Positions 1 to 14,250 of a stretch of DNA of 64,000 nucleotides are shown in pieces (within the stretch, counting starts at the first letter, position 1; each line of letters starts with the position of its first letter). The notes below the pieces were generated by a model, which saw only the letters and a program-made list of their open reading frames with translations, was not told where the DNA came from and did not search any database. Source of the DNA: Ophelia neglecta. Lineage: Eukaryota. The translations under genes were made by a program, and so were the position numbers. The stretch covers positions 5,208,001 through 5,272,000 of the forward strand of contig OZ260662.1 of assembly GCA_965285935.1 (NCBI GenBank), written 5' to 3'.

Positions 1-429
1 TTTTGCGATAATTATTTTTTTCTCGCTATTTCATGCCATTTTCAGTGTTTTGAGCATATAACTATTTTGGGGGGTCTATGAGGGGAGTGGGGATACTACC
101 CTTGCTTTGACTTTGACTATAAGCCATAAATGTTTTTTTCGCCTGACATATTATTATTTATTTGTTTTTCCTCCACTTTCTGGAGAGTAAATTACATGGA
201 AATATTGGTAACAGAAAAAGAGTTGAGTATACATTGAAATATATAGAATATGCGAAAAATTACTGGGTAGATATATAATAATGATAAATATAATAATTTA
301 CACACGTCAAATATAATATTTATATATATGTATTAATAAGGTACGTTACATTGTTTATGTGCAGCAGTATTCAAAACGTCGGTATATAATAATAAGGGCG
401 TGATCCCTTGTCACAAATATAAGGCTTTG

Positions 430-3400
430 ATCAGTCTACAGATACGGGTTTTCTTTTAAAATACATGCAGCGAATTGTATCCAAAACTGTGCTTTTTGCA
501 TATGGTGGATACGTTTTTCGGTCCAATATTTTGGCACAGGAGCTTTTCTCTTTTACGCCTGTCGTAAACATCATGAATAAGGGTCCGTTGACTAGCGAGA
601 CCCGAGCACTGTAGGAGGAAATGAGTTAGGTCGTCCCCATCTTCTCCACATATAGGACACTGGTGTCTACTACCGGATATATATCTGCCTGCGTGACAAT
701 AGAGAGATTATGTTTGGGTAAGGAGTTTCAACAGGACTTGACACCCTCGAACTGACTGCATGGTATGAGCGTCTGTCCACCACTGAAAACCATGATAGTT
801 CTCTACTACCTCGTTGAAAATTGGCAGCCTTCGGTAGGTAATGCGTTGTACTGCCCACGTATCCTCCATGCGTTTGCAGGTTACTTTGATCGAGTGTGAA
901 TTCCACTGGGAGGCAGGTGGGACAACTCCAGTTTTCAGCCATGATAGGAGGGTCAGATCCAGCCCGTATATTTTATAGGTATTCCACATGACACCAAATG
1001 GGCTTTTGCTGGGTATCTGACCACCCAATTCAGCTATAGAGAGAGCTCGTATCGCCATCGACCTATATATGTTCGAGCTCGGCAGAGACATGATGTTTCT
1101 TAACATCTGCAGTCGCTTGTGGTCTAGATGTTGTTGGATTGTACCCCAGACAATTGAAGCCAATGCACCAGGATTTGCTGTCTGCTCCGCTAACCCCTGT
1201 ATTCGTTTGGCAGTAGTTCTATGAAATGTTTCAAGCATGTCCATGTGGCTAGTGTCCAAGTGGCGAACCTCGAGTCCATAGAGGTAACTTGGGGCGACAA
1301 CAGCCCAATACAGGCGGCTGAGTGCTTTCGTGTTGAACTTGCCGTTACTAAAACCGACCCCTAAAACAGCGTTCATTTGTTTGCGTCCCTTCTCTACTCT
1401 TTCCCGAATTGCCTGAGTAAGGGAAGCTGGTGTGGTGGTTAGTGGTACGCCAAGATGACTCGAGGCAGTCGTTTCATGTAGCTGTTCACTCCCCAATTTG
1501 AGTTCTGGCCACTTTCTTTGTCGCGTTTCACAAAATCGCAAGATTTCGCATTTGTTCACATTGAAGTCTATTCTCCATGTTTTGCTGAACTTATCTGCAG
1601 TGTCACAGAGTTTCTGTAGGCTTCCTTCATTTACTGAAAGCAGTGAGATATCGTCCGCGTATGTCGGGCATGAGACTTCAATTCCCAGGACTGGACTTGC
1701 CAAATAGCTCCCAAATACGCGGTGTGAGGTAGTGTCTGTCAGTGACTGCATAAGCTCGTTATAAAAGCAGATAAAGAGCAGCATAGACAGCTTTCCCCCT
1801 TGATATAGGCCCTGCAGCACGGGGTACCACTCTGATAACTTATTGCCAATATTTACCGCACTGTGAAACTCATTATAGCATTTACTGATGAGTCTGAATA
1901 GCTTTCCTTTTAACCCAATACCATAGAGTTTGTACAAAAACCGTCTGTCCACACAGAATCGAAAGCTTTTCTACAATCAAGTAGTGCCACATGGACATTC
2001 TTCCCCTTCACTACATGTTCCTCCACTGCCTGTCTGAGCAGAATTGTTGAGTGAAGATTGGAGCATCCTGCTTTGTCGGCACCTTGTAAAGGGTGAATAA
2101 TGTTATTCTCTTGTATCCATTTTTCTATCCTCAGAAGAATAGCACATTCAAACAATTTTCGTAGCACACTTAACAAAGTTATTTTCCTGTAATTATCTTT
2201 ATCTAGGGGATCTTTCTTCCCACCTTTGAAAATTGGAACTTCAATACCTCTTCTGAAGGACCTAGGTATGTATTCGTGCGCTACTATGTAGTTCATCAAT
2301 TTGGTCAGAGCTCTGATTGTCACAATGCCGCCGAATCTGAGAAGGCCTCGGTGCCTTTCCAAGCTTCATGTGTTTTATAACATGTGTTATCTCATATTTT
2401 TCCAGACGGTCCCCGAGGATCACGTCTCTCGATTGAAGAGACTCAAATTCATAGACCTTAAGGGCGTCTTCCACGTGTTGTTTAAAAATGTCATCGTAGC
2501 CCCGATTTTGTGGGGTTGCTAGTCTCTCAAGGTACGTTTTCCAGTCATTACGTACGTCATCCAGATTTGTTAGTACTGTGTCTCCCGAGCGAATTGTTGT
2601 ACTTCTTTTGCCAGTTTTCAAGCCTCGACGCTGATTGACGAGTCGCCAGTAATAGCGGGTATTTATTTCACCAGTTTCTATTAACTCGTCCTGTTCTTTC
2701 TCATCTTCTTTATGCTCTCCCTTTCGTCTTTCTCGTCGATAATCCGGTTTTGCGGCTTTATAAGCTTTACATTCAGGGTTTACAGGGTCTCTTGGCTTTC
2801 CGGCATTCTTCCATGCTTGACAAACCTCTATGTATTCGTGTTTTACAGCAGATAAATGGCTGGTCTAATAAGGTTTTAACCACGGCTTGTAGGTTCTCAA
2901 AGGTATGCTCAATTTAGCAGTTTGGGTAATTATTCCAATGAGTTGTTCAGTTAGGGATTCTATATCTCTAGACGAGTTAATTTGAGGGTGGTTACTCATG
3001 AGTAAGTCGAGCCGTTGTGACAGTCTGCTAGTATATGCATTTCTGACTGTGCAGTCTGAGAGTTTATTCCAGTTTGGGCAGGCCTCTGGTGCATCGGCTA
3101 CCGTAGATTGTTTGTTATATGGTATCTCTGTATGGGTGTTGATTGGAAGGTGGTCTGATGTAACTCGTATGTTGTCTTCGACGATCATGCAGTTTTTAAT
3201 ATTCTCGTACAATTGTGCAGATATCAGACAGTGGTCTATGTAGGACGAGTACCCGTGGTAGCCTATGTATGTATAGTCAGGGCCATTGCATTTACATGTT
3301 ATGTCTACTGGTATCAAGGAGTTTCCTAACATCATATTCATTAAATACTGGCTGTGCTTGTCCATATTTACAGTACCCCTATGTCCAAATGATTTGCCAA

Positions 3401-3893
3401 TTACTGCATTCATATCACCAAGTACAATTACAGGAGCTACTTCACCATATTTCGTTATATTGTCATCCAGAATATCTGTGAAGCTGGCCTGTTTACATTG
3501 CCTATGAGGTAAGTACACTGATGATATACATAGATTAACATTATATGAAGACTGAAATGATATACCACATATTTTATCTGATGGGATGTCTCGTAGTTCA
3601 GTGACACAATGAGAAATATCTTTAGAGTATAGCAGAGCAACTCCCCCATGGCCTATGTTCCGTCCATAGTTCGTATCAATCAAAGAATCACTAATTTTAT
3701 ACACACAGGTAAACTTTTCATTTAAGGTATCAAGTTTATGAGTTTCACATGGATATAAGAAATGTTCGCACAGAGCCAATATATTACAGGTATTCAGCAA
3801 AACATTTACATAATCTTTTGATCCAGATAGACCTCGACAATTCCACTGGCCAATGCTAAGCAGTGTTTCACTATTGTTTTTCCCGACAGCCAT
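430..3893 (-). pseudogene. LINE ORF2 (endonuclease-reverse transcriptase), disrupted by several frameshifts/stops
   Basis: Continuous APE-RT-CCHC homology split over ORFs 2865-3893, 2262-2621, 1910-2362, 708-1952 and an unlisted frame at ~600-670. Confidence 0.9.
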
Positions 3894-3898
3894 GGTGG

Positions 3899-5725
3899 TT
3901 AGTATATATATGGGTTAGAGCTGTGATCGTACTCTGTCTGGTGTCGGCGGTAGTCCCTGTTATAATATGGCCGGTCAGTGTCTTCTCGGTGATCTCTGTA
4001 GGGCCTGCTTTCATAGAGCGAGCCTGTCATATCATTACCGTACTGGCGGTAAGACTGCTTGCGTCTTTGACTGTTGCGAACTTCCCATCTGCGGCGGGTT
4101 ATGTCATCGGGCCAGAATGTGTCTTCCAGTGCTTTAGGTACCTGCGTTTGTGGGCCATAGATTTTACATCCTACGGAGGTATCATTGTAGCGGTTTCTTA
4201 TTGTTTTCCCTGACAGAATATTCAGCCCTTTCTTACTTGCATAAGTTCTTACCATGTTGATGACCTGCGCATCCGTGTTGCTGCGGTTTAAGGCTACATG
4301 CTCCACGTATAGGTAGGATCCCTCCACCTGTGCACAGCCTCTCAGAGAGTTCTGTCTCTGGTGAGTGGGATTACCTTCAGGTGTAGCGATTGCCTGTGAG
4401 GGTGATAGTGTTTTTGCAAGAGCCTGCGCGGAGCGTCGCAGGTTTCTTTGAGTTCTTCTGCTCACTTTTTCTTCCCAGGAAAATGCGTCCTTTTCCTCGG
4501 GATATCTTTGACCAGACGTTATACTCAGCTGTGGGAAGTCTGTTGAGCCCAGATGTATGGTTGGTGGTCGCTCTCAGATTCCGCCGTACGAGCTTGGGTA
4601 CCTCTGGTGCTGGAATTTGTTACCTTGTCCAGGTATGTTATCGTGGGCGACCCCTCCGTTAGTTCTTTTTGTTCCTCATTATTCCCTTGTGCTGTATTTA
4701 ATCCTGAGCTTTTGTACAGTTCGCTGATCAGTGAATGAAGCGACTTGTTTTCTCCTTCGAGTTCGATTACCTTCATCTCAAGCTTTTTAATCAATTCGCC
4801 TTGGTTTAGCTTCAGAACTTCTATTTTGTCGTTCAATTCCTGTTGGTTTTCAGCTGTTTTCGCTATGAACTCGTTTAGTTTGAATGCGATGTCAACAGAT
4901 GAATTCCCGGTTATATTTTGTATTTCTTTCCCCGACACTGGCTTTATTATCCCTTTCTTATCCTTAAAGGTGGCCCGCGGGAATTCTTCGGTGATGTCTG
5001 CCGCGAACATGTACAGATTAATCAGATCCTCTGTGATAAGTGACGTCTTTCTTCTTTCTTTTACTTCAAAGGAGTTTCGGTCAAACTCTGTCAACTTTAG
5101 TGCTAAGCACACTTGTTCAAACTTAACTAAGCATTCTCTGGCTTGAAAATCTCTGCTGTCACTTAATGTTTCTTCTGCAAAATCGTGATTAAGCTCGTCT
5201 GCAACATCTTGCTTGCTTGCGTTTTGAATAGAACACAAGGTTCGTTTGATTCTGTCATCTAATCCCGTTACATGCGTTATATATATATATATATATAACA
5301 GTTTATTTCCTCCTTTACAGAGAGTGTGTGTTTATATATGTTATAATTTATGTTATACTACTACATAATAATACATTAGTGCAAATTTAGCTACGCAACT
5401 CTTATAACGGACAAAATTACTTGTTAAAGAGGTGCGCATGTAACACGTGTTTGCACGAGACACAATATATATATATATGGTTTGCAACTCTATACCAAAT
5501 TGAAGCATTGAGCATTATAAAGTCGCTTTGCAGGTTAGCAAATTCGTCTTTTAAATCACCACCGAGAATGGATAGTATTAAGTCAGTTGGCTCTTGATTG
5601 TTCAGGTAGGCAATATATGAGTCTGAGAACTGATTATTGACAAGGCTCCAGTACAGATGCCTAAGGTCCTGAAAGTATGTGCATTGAAACAGGAGATGCT
5701 CTACCAAATCATGCAATGGATCCAT
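3899..5725 (-). pseudogene. LINE ORF1, interrupted by nested insertion and frameshift/stop
   Basis: ORFs 4525-5238 and 3899-4465; removing the 5276-5709 insert and one GCATG copy restores an in-frame start MDPLH-VTGLDDRIKRTLCSIQ; the ORF1 stop abuts the ORF2 ATG at 3893. Confidence 0.75.
5276..5709 (-). mobile_element. 5'-truncated 3' end of a second LINE nested in ORF1
   Basis: Encodes ORF2 C-terminus-like LVEHLLFQCTYFQDLRHLYW, followed by GGAGGAAATAAA and a (TA)n tail; flanked by 5-bp direct repeat CATGC (5271-5275, 5710-5714). Confidence 0.8.
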
Positions 5726-6762
5726 TATCGCATATGGTGTTAATATATGGCGTAGTAGTTTCACCTGGTCTATTACTACTGCCGTAGAACTACTTCCTTG
5801 GGATAGGCACGTGCCGCCGGCTATGCTTGTCCACCCGGCATTCACACCACGCTGTGGCAGGCTTTCACACCTCGGCGAGGTTCCAGGCCGAAGATATTCA
5901 CTTTCACAGTTTTTATGTCCTACCGGGATTGTTAGCGGCAGATAATATTATTTTATCGTGGGCGATAAGATGGAATTTTGGCGGGGATGAGAGAAAAATG
6001 ACAGCAAATGGCAAATTTTACACCTACATTTGCCTCAGAAATTGGTCCGCAGTGTCCTTCTTTGCATACTCTAAGCTCATGTATTATTTGATTTCTCATA
6101 ATAAGTTCCGTGTCTCGTAGGTTTGTTGAATTCAGAGAGCTGCTGTTACCACACTGTTACCACACTGAATTACCATCACAACCTTGTGTCAGACTCACGC
6201 GTACTTGAATCTAGCCTAGATAGGGCGAAAAACAAAATGCAGAATATGGGCTATGCAAAGCATATATGAATATTGTATCCATATATGCTAACTAAACTCC
6301 TAAAAAATGTAGTGGAGCAAGGAGGAGTATAACATTTTTTGGGGAATTGTGGCCAGATGACATTTTCTGAGTATTGGCTTTCAGCAAATGCCATTTTCCT
6401 CGGGCTAACGCTCTCAGCAAATATCACTCACTTCAGTCCAATATAGCTTCATAGTGCTTCCTCAGCAAGCCAATGATTGTATAGTTAATGCATTGCTAGC
6501 AGCTGTGGACTAGATGACCTTATACCTTCATACTGAATACAATTACAATTTCATTTGAGCTATCATTTTTCATGTTTATGTTATGTCCAAATGAAATTTT
6601 CATACTTAAATTGGAAAATCTTTCTTAAATTTGATATTATTTTATTTCAGATTAATAGAAATACAATATACCCTGTTACCAGTGGTCAAGTCACCATGGT
6701 TACCAGTGGGATGAGAGAAATAGTCAGTTGTATGGAGTGCTCTGTGCGTATGGAGGAGTTAA

Positions 6763-8563
6763 GGGTATACCGAACCCCTAGTTGATGTTAAGTGTTATAA
6801 TTGATTTTTGTCGACGATTACAATATATACAACAAATTTTTCATAATATATAGTGCCCACTAGGTACCAAAAGGCCTATGAGTGGAAATTTCTGAAAAAA
6901 AAATTGAAAATTATGACTTTGTAGCACTTTTTGTCAGAAAATATAGGTATTTTTTTCAAAGGTTGCCATGAACCACTGAAATTATTTACAAGTGTGACAG
7001 TTGTGCCAATGTGTTCCTAAGAGTGTAAACTAGTAAACGGTCATTCAGATTTTCCAAATTCCTCTCCTAACCAGTGATTTAAATAGGCTTTGTAACTAGT
7101 CATCTAATATAGTACTCATTATTGGCTATTTCAACTTTGGCGATTGATTACTAATAGATGGAAAATCTTATAAAAATTCTGAATGACCGTTTACTAGATC
7201 TAACTCTTGTTGACAAGTTACCGTTTGCGGATTTTAATTCGGTTAAAGTTTGACGAGGCCAGCGTTGTTTGAAAATGATGAATAGCTTGCAATTTACACC
7301 AACTCATCTTCGCGGCTAATCAACAAAGAAGGCGCCGGAACACTGTTTTTCTCACTTGGACGTCTGGATTTGGCTTAATGCATTCTCACCTTTTCACTAG
7401 CCACTAGGGCAGTATAGTCCCCTACAATCCCACAAACTGTCATTTTCTTTCTACCAATCATAAGCGTAATTTTGAGAGTTTAGTCGGTGAGTTTTAGTCG
7501 GTTGAAATGTCACTCGTTCAGTTCCACGTGGTGAGACACACGGACACATTTTAATTGGCTGTGATGCCGTCGCGTCAGCCCTTATGGGCGGAGCCAAGTA
7601 GGGGAGATTAGTGGTATCAGACACATCATCTGTTTATATAAGTTTAGCGACTTTGTCAAATATAAATCATGCATCATCAGTTGGAATTTAATTAGCGAAA
7701 GAATAATATGTGACTTCAGACATCGATTGATTATTGCAAATACCGTGTACTTCATATACAAAATAACTGTGGATGGTGGGATATTCCTAAAGGATGCTAC
7801 GGAAAAAGAGACCCTTTTCAAACATTTGTTATTAGATTGCGGCCAATTGTGGGATAAACTCTGGTCTGTGCCTGTAGGAATGGATTAGCCTCTGTTGAAT
7901 TTGATATAGTGAAATTCTCGGCGATAAATATACATCTAGTAAGTTAGGAACGTTTGTTTCACGTTTTATCGCTCACATACATGTACATGCCTTCTGACAC
8001 ACGCTCTATAATAAAGCACGTAGACTACATGTACATGAAGCGCAATTATCTGTATTTGTCGTTGTTTTCATCGGGCTCTATGTCAAAGCTTGCTGTACAT
8101 TCTGTAGGCCTATTATATACTATTATTGACAAGTTTATTGTCATATGAAAATTCGGACACAGCCTCTTCCTTGGAGCCATTTTACATAAGTTCTATTAGT
8201 GATTTCTTGGGCACACTAACATATTATGTACAGGTATCCCACCTGTCATATTATTCAGTTTATCACAACTATCAGTGATCCAGTGAGAGTGGGGAGGAGC
8301 CTAATTGCCATTGCCTAATGCTTGGTCATGCATGGTTGATCACTATGGTCATGTGGCTAACAATACCATAACATGTCTTGTTTGTAAACAAACAATTAGC
8401 TGATGGGCATGAATAAAAACCCTTTTTTGAGTAAAATATAAAATGCTAAGAATGAAAATAAACACACCAATGGATAGAGCAGATCAAGCTCTATCTAAAA
8501 CAGTACATTTTCAAAAATCACCCAATTATGAAATTTAACATCCAGTAGGGGTTCGGTATACCC
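6763..8563. mobile_element. Non-autonomous DNA transposon, Kolobok-like (TTAA TSD, GG termini)
   Basis: TTAA|GGGTATACCGAACCCCTAGTTGATGTTAA ... TTAACATCCAGTAGGGGTTCGGTATACCC|TTAA: ~29-bp TIR with 2 mismatches; internal IR CTAGTAAACGGTCATTCAGA (~7030) / TCTGAATGACCGTTTACTAG (~7177); no transposase ORF. Confidence 0.85.
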
Positions 8564-11500
8564 TTAAAGGAAGCCAATGCCCTGCATTCTAAGCATTTCT
8601 TTGGTAAAGAATGTTTAGTAAAGGGTCGTAAGAATAACAATACCCTGTCTGTACAATAGAGCAAATTATTGAAGGTCAGCCTGGAATTAAAGAACTACCC
8701 GAGCCACTGAGAATTTACTGACAAAGTATAAAGCCACTCTGATCCAAAATGGTGCTAAAATTGGAGGGTCAGAGGGTGGACCTTTTTTGGCAACCCTAAA
8801 AGGGAAAATCATGTTCCCATACCAAATACAAAGATAGTATAATTAAAGGTTATACAGTAACGGGCAAAGTTGCGTTACTTATTTTCTGGTTCTGACGCAT
8901 ATCACTAGCAAAAAAACGTAATTAATTGAAGCACAGTTCTGCATTGAGGTTCTCTCTGAAAGGTAAAACACAGTACCAGGAATGAGTGCCAGTTAAATTG
9001 TCCCGGAGAGCCCCAGACTCCTGGCTGACTTGCTGGAGTCACCGGCTTGCATATATTGTAGACTTATCTGTGAACAAACATGGGCTCCGCCGTTCAATGC
9101 GCTCGTTTGCAATATTTCCACATATATGGGGACATAATATTACTACAACCAAGCTTCCTTGACATTTATGTGACAAATAATACTGTCCTACTTGATCAAA
9201 ATCGTTTAATATTCTTCGCCCAGTTCGTATTTTCTGAAGTAAATTCATTATATTTGCGAAAGTGAACTTAATCATCAAATCATGCTGTTGTCCCTCTGGT
9301 GTTTGTTATTCACTCTTTTTTTTTCCATTCTAGAGGCCGTCTCTCGTTAAAAATGCATCACATATAAGCAAAATACGCAATATATATTATATCTATTTTC
9401 TTGCTCCGCTCCGAGTCTTATTGGTTAATCAGTCCTATATTGAGTAAGAAAGCACTTCACTTTGATACATTCAGTCATACCGTACTTGCTGACAATCAAT
9501 CTACCTCGCGGTTAGTCCCGTTGTAAGGTCAAAGGGTAAAACCACAAATTAAGTGCACTTTTTGACTGTGGCCAACGAAAGCACATCGATTATATTAATG
9601 CATGCCTTATTTTCAGAACTTATATAAAAAGCAATTTTTCTACTATTCTTGAATTTAAATCATGTTTAGGAAACTGCCTAGAGCACTAAGGAAATTCTGC
9701 ACATCCTCAAATAATAGTCTCAGATTTCATTAGTGTTTGAGAAAAGACTGAACAATTGGTATTTCAAGTAAAAACATAGCAAAGGTTCTAGCACACGGGA
9801 CTAGAAGATTTACCGAGCTTCTGTGTTAGTATCAAAAATACGCTATATGGGGAAAGAGTCTAAAACAAAGAAAAGCTTTCTTTAAACAATGCTTTCATAA
9901 AGATGTCAGTGCTTGTAGGTACATAGCTAGTGGGGCAAAACAACAATTTCTATAATTCTCACCTAAGCCATGAAATAAACGGTCACATACGGTAAACCCT
10001 TATATGTCGCGATACGTGCTAAAACCGAGCAATTGTAATGCTTACACAAAACGGGCCCAAGGGTGAAACTGGTGTAAATATCCCTACAATGTATACTGAT
10101 TTTCCCAAATTTACACATATTAAAGAAAGCATAATTGAAGTATTCTGCAGTACCGGGAACAGTAACATAATTCTTTTTTGTACTGACAACGGTTATAAGC
10201 AAATGAGACGGAATTAACAATTGTGCATTTCTGCCTTCATGCTAGTATATTAAGGTTATCTTCTCAAGAAGGATAAACAAAAACACAGTATAGAACAAGT
10301 CAGATTGCCCATTCCTAGGTAACCGGCCAGAGTCTCAGGCTTGCATACATGTATATCACAGATTTCTGGGTGACTGGCTAGTCTTAGCCTTGCATATCGC
10401 CTTAACAATTTGTGCGAAAGTGATCGAAATCTTTAAAGCACACTGTTGTTCCTCTGGAATTTTTGTTCCTCACAATTTGTTTTCGTTCTTTAGATTACCT
10501 CTCTCATATTGGAATAAAATAGATTACTTTCATATACAATTTCATGAATCCACCCGCAGAGACATATAAGCAAATTATATTACCTATCTATTTTCTTGCT
10601 AGCAGGCCCATGTTAAACAGTCTTAAATTTAGTTAGAATTCGCCCAGGTGGCTTTAATTAGCCAACCAGGTTCGCGCTTACTATAGCACAGGGAACAGTT
10701 AGTCTGCACTTGATTTTTGGGTTTTCGCAGATTTCTACATTTTGAAGGGGATCCACTTATTTGAAATTCTCAACTGAGTACATTTCGGTACTGTTAAGCG
10801 CACCCTGTTGGTTGTAAAGGTCCACACAGAAAATGTTGTGAAACCGCCTTTGAAATCTTATCTCTCTCCCATAATGTCTAAATTTTACTAATTAACATGC
10901 TATTTTTTGAAAAAGGTACTGTAGATGTCTGAATGAAGCTATCTAGTCCACTGAAAAGTGTGTTTAAGTGCATCGCTATTCTTTACCATTTGCCAACGCA
11001 TTCCAAATAAAATTAGTTCATTAATCGACAAAACCACTAAAAATATTCTCTGAGAAATCTGAAAGTCCGCCACCTTGGATCATATAAGGCGTTGCTACCA
11101 TTTTGTTTAATTTGGATTCATTTTTGTTTCAATTCAAATAGGTTTATTGACATGAAAAACACAAAGAATACACAGTAAATGAACACAAAAAGCAAATAGC
11201 GAAAAGGTAAAGCTAAGAAAAAATCAGAAAAAAACACATACACGCACAAACAAAAAATAACAACAAATAAGCACTAAAGTGATAATGAGCTGACAATACC
11301 AACCCAAAAGCATATATATTAATATAAGCATATATTGTGAACTCCCCCCCCCCCAGCTTTTTTACATAAAAATAGCTGCAAAGCAACTATAATAGCCATC
11401 ACGATCAAAACAAAAAAAGTTCAATTTCTTAAAAATAGGAGTGTGTGTTTTTGATGGAGCTCAGGCAATAACATTAATAACACGTTTTTGTGCCTAAGAA

Positions 11501-12659
11501 AAAATAAATAAGTTAGTAGCAGTTGCTCCACCACATACTTCGATTCAAAAGATTAAATGTGGATTGACCAGTCAATTGCATAGAGTAATTTTGTTCCTGC
11601 CAATTCTATCGTTCATTATTGCCCATGATTTTCTCTAATTATTTTACGCCTGTTTAATAATGTATCATAATGAGTGCGTTCTTCAAATTTCAAAACTTAC
11701 AATTAACTCTTTAATAATGTAGGAAATATTTTATATTGAACAGCGTAGGAATATTCCTTGATTCCTTGACCTTTTAGAATTTTTCCTATTGTAATAGGAA
11801 ATCCAAGGTTTCCTATAACAATAAGCTAACGTAATCTGTTTAAGAGGAAAAACATCCTCCTGTTATCTAGAAACAGCGGTGTGGAATAAAGTATATGTTT
11901 GCTGCGCATCATTTCTTGCGATGATTGCTGACCAAGCAAGTTTTGTATTTGTTCACAGAAAAGAGTCATACACTGATGATGTTTGTTCATATTGTCAAGC
12001 CATTATGGACATTTGCTCGTCAGCCATTGTATATTTGGAACAAAATTTGATGCCATCTATCGTTTCAATGAGGTATTTTCAACTACTTATTGCAGTTCCT
12101 CGTTGACATTAATTGTTGTTGCGCGTGGTCGAGGCCGAGACCCGCAGACCACCGAGATAACATTAAATTCTACCATACATGCCGAATACCACTGGGAAGT
12201 TGTCGGTGAGAAACCTATCTCACGTTAAGTCCTGTTTAAGGGTAGTCGGTTTTAATAATGCATATTTAAATTTCAAACTTAAGCTTTAGAAATCTATTTA
12301 CCTTGCTTGAGTTTCAGTTTTCCTCAAGAAATACCGAGAGCAAGCTCTTCACAATCTGCTTCTCAAAATTTCCTCAACATTAAGAAGGACCTCGCCAAGG
12401 TTTACTAGTATACGGCTTCTTTCCTGGTGAGAAGCACAAAAATATTCCAGCTGTACAATTATTACGTAGGTTTTGTAAGATGTTTTGTACAGCATACATT
12501 TTGTTTAAACTGATAATGTGGGGGTGTGTGAATTAAATCAGTGGTAGGACTGAGCCGTGCACAGCATGATAATTAGTAGAACCATGGTGAAATTTTCCAA
12601 AAGAGTCTAAAATAAGCAAACCTTTCTTTAAAAAAGCTCCAATATACATATAAATTATC

Positions 12660-13444
12660 CGAAGGTACCCGACTTGTGTAGGCGGAAATGGTTCGGTTCT
12701 TGAAAGTTCATCCGGACGTTATCTTAAATGCATTAGATGTTTGTCTTTAATTATATAAATACTTATAGAATTGCCAAACATGTTATGAACCAATTGTAAT
12801 TAACTCCTCTAGTTGCCCATCATCACGTTGTGTCTTTACATGTCATGTATATCATTTCACATTTGACCTTGTCTTTCCGACACTGGTCTGTGTCATTTCA
12901 TTGATCTCAGCAAAATAACAATTATCATTATTATCACCTTAGCATTGAAGTTAACAGTTTGAAGTTTCGCGAGCCTTTGATATCGCGCATTCCAAGAGAA
13001 GAGCTACTGTTTAACATTATCAACTAGTGTCAATCAGTGCACCTCTTTGTCTTCTGTTAAGCTAGCTTGTAAGTCGTTTTATAGTAATTTACTCCTTGCA
13101 GAGGAGCAGTCAGAGTGTTCTTACTTCTAATCTGTAATGTGATATTACATATTTTATTGTCCTGTAAAATTTGAGTCTCAGGTCGGAGCATGGTTCGGGT
13201 AGTGTTGTCTTTTTGTTTACGGGACCGTCATGGAAATAAGTTATATGCAACTTTTGACGTTATCCTGCTCCATATTAGTAGAATTCTGTTTCTGTGCTGT
13301 GACGCTTGTGCTAACATAATATATACTGTGATGTGATTGGCATGGTACTTATTGCATGCAGATATGTATGATTCTAGTCTTTAATTTATATTTTAACCCT
13401 GTATATGCTTGTATGGTGCGAAAATAAATCAATCAATCAATCAA
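12660..13444 (+). mobile_element. Probable LINE 3'-end remnant with (TCAA)n tail
   Basis: Ends AAATAAATCAATCAATCAATCAA, preceded by a GGAAATAAG...CTTTT motif typical of L2/CR1-group 3' UTRs; 5' boundary uncertain. Confidence 0.45.
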
Positions 13445-14250
13445 CTTTGAAATTAAAAAGAATGCTATATAGGCACATGATGTCAGCCATGGGAATGTGC
13501 ATACCTATTATTTTAAATCGGGGCAAATTTCCAAATAGGAATCATGAAATGGGATTTATTTGAGCAGCGTTTTTAAACTCCTTCACATAGGTCTATTTTC
13601 AGCGTTCCAATTATCGCAATTGTAGTCAGCATTATTTATAGTAGTGATCTGCCCACACCAAAAGGTGTTAATAGGAAAGTGGGAATGACCACGCTGGTCA
13701 GCATTCGATCATCTCCAGTACCAAACGACCATACCCCGAGTCCGTTATTTATAAAGAAGAGTTAAGGGAACATTCGGCGGTACAGATCACTGAATGATGT
13801 GCATTTACACCATGAGGTAATACGACCCGATGATGTAATTTGCTTCTGTCTCTTACACCAGCACTTTTCAATATTTGAGAATTGGTAATATATCTAGACA
13901 AAAGCCCTGAGAAAAGTTATTGCTCGTAAATAGATAAAGAGTGTATAAGTAACGCCCTGATCGTTAAGTAATAATGGATAGCATTAATTGTTTTATTGTG
14001 TCTGTAGACTTAACACAATAAAAAAGGCCGTTGAGGGAAATTTTCCGTGAGCTTGAAACTGTTCGGGATTAAGATGTCGTTGACTACCCATTTTTAATAT
14101 AAGAAGGGGGGGGATGCAAGGGGGTGTCGTTGGAGATTTTGTGTCTAGTGGAGGGGGGAGAGTGGATGTTGGAGATTTCGGGTCTAAAGCAAAGGTTGAA
14201 AGCAAATTGTGAAATCAGTAATACGAAAGTATTTCTTTAAAATCTGCACT

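Larger units (their letters stand above)
148..6140 (-). mobile_element. Near full-length, inactivated non-LTR retrotransposon (LINE; ORF1 + APE-RT ORF2 with C-terminal CCHC; Proto2/RTEX- or CR1-like, clade uncertain)
   Basis: APE endonuclease ORF 2865-3893 (WNCRGL, LCEH, GDMNA, SYIDH, SDHLP), RT pieces 708-2621 (NYRKITLL, DCRKAFDSVW, QGG, PTYADD), CCHC CPICGEDGDDLTHFLLQC at ~608-660 in a shifted frame, ORF1 pieces 3899-5238 (coiled coil; FWPDDITRRRW), 3' end GGAGGAAAAACAAATAAATAATAATA at ~148-175. 5' boundary approximate. Confidence 0.9.

Noticed and set aside
6651-6762. Exon interrupted by the Kolobok-like element
   Set aside because: Good acceptor, but no recognisable product in any frame, and stops soon after rejoining the empty site.
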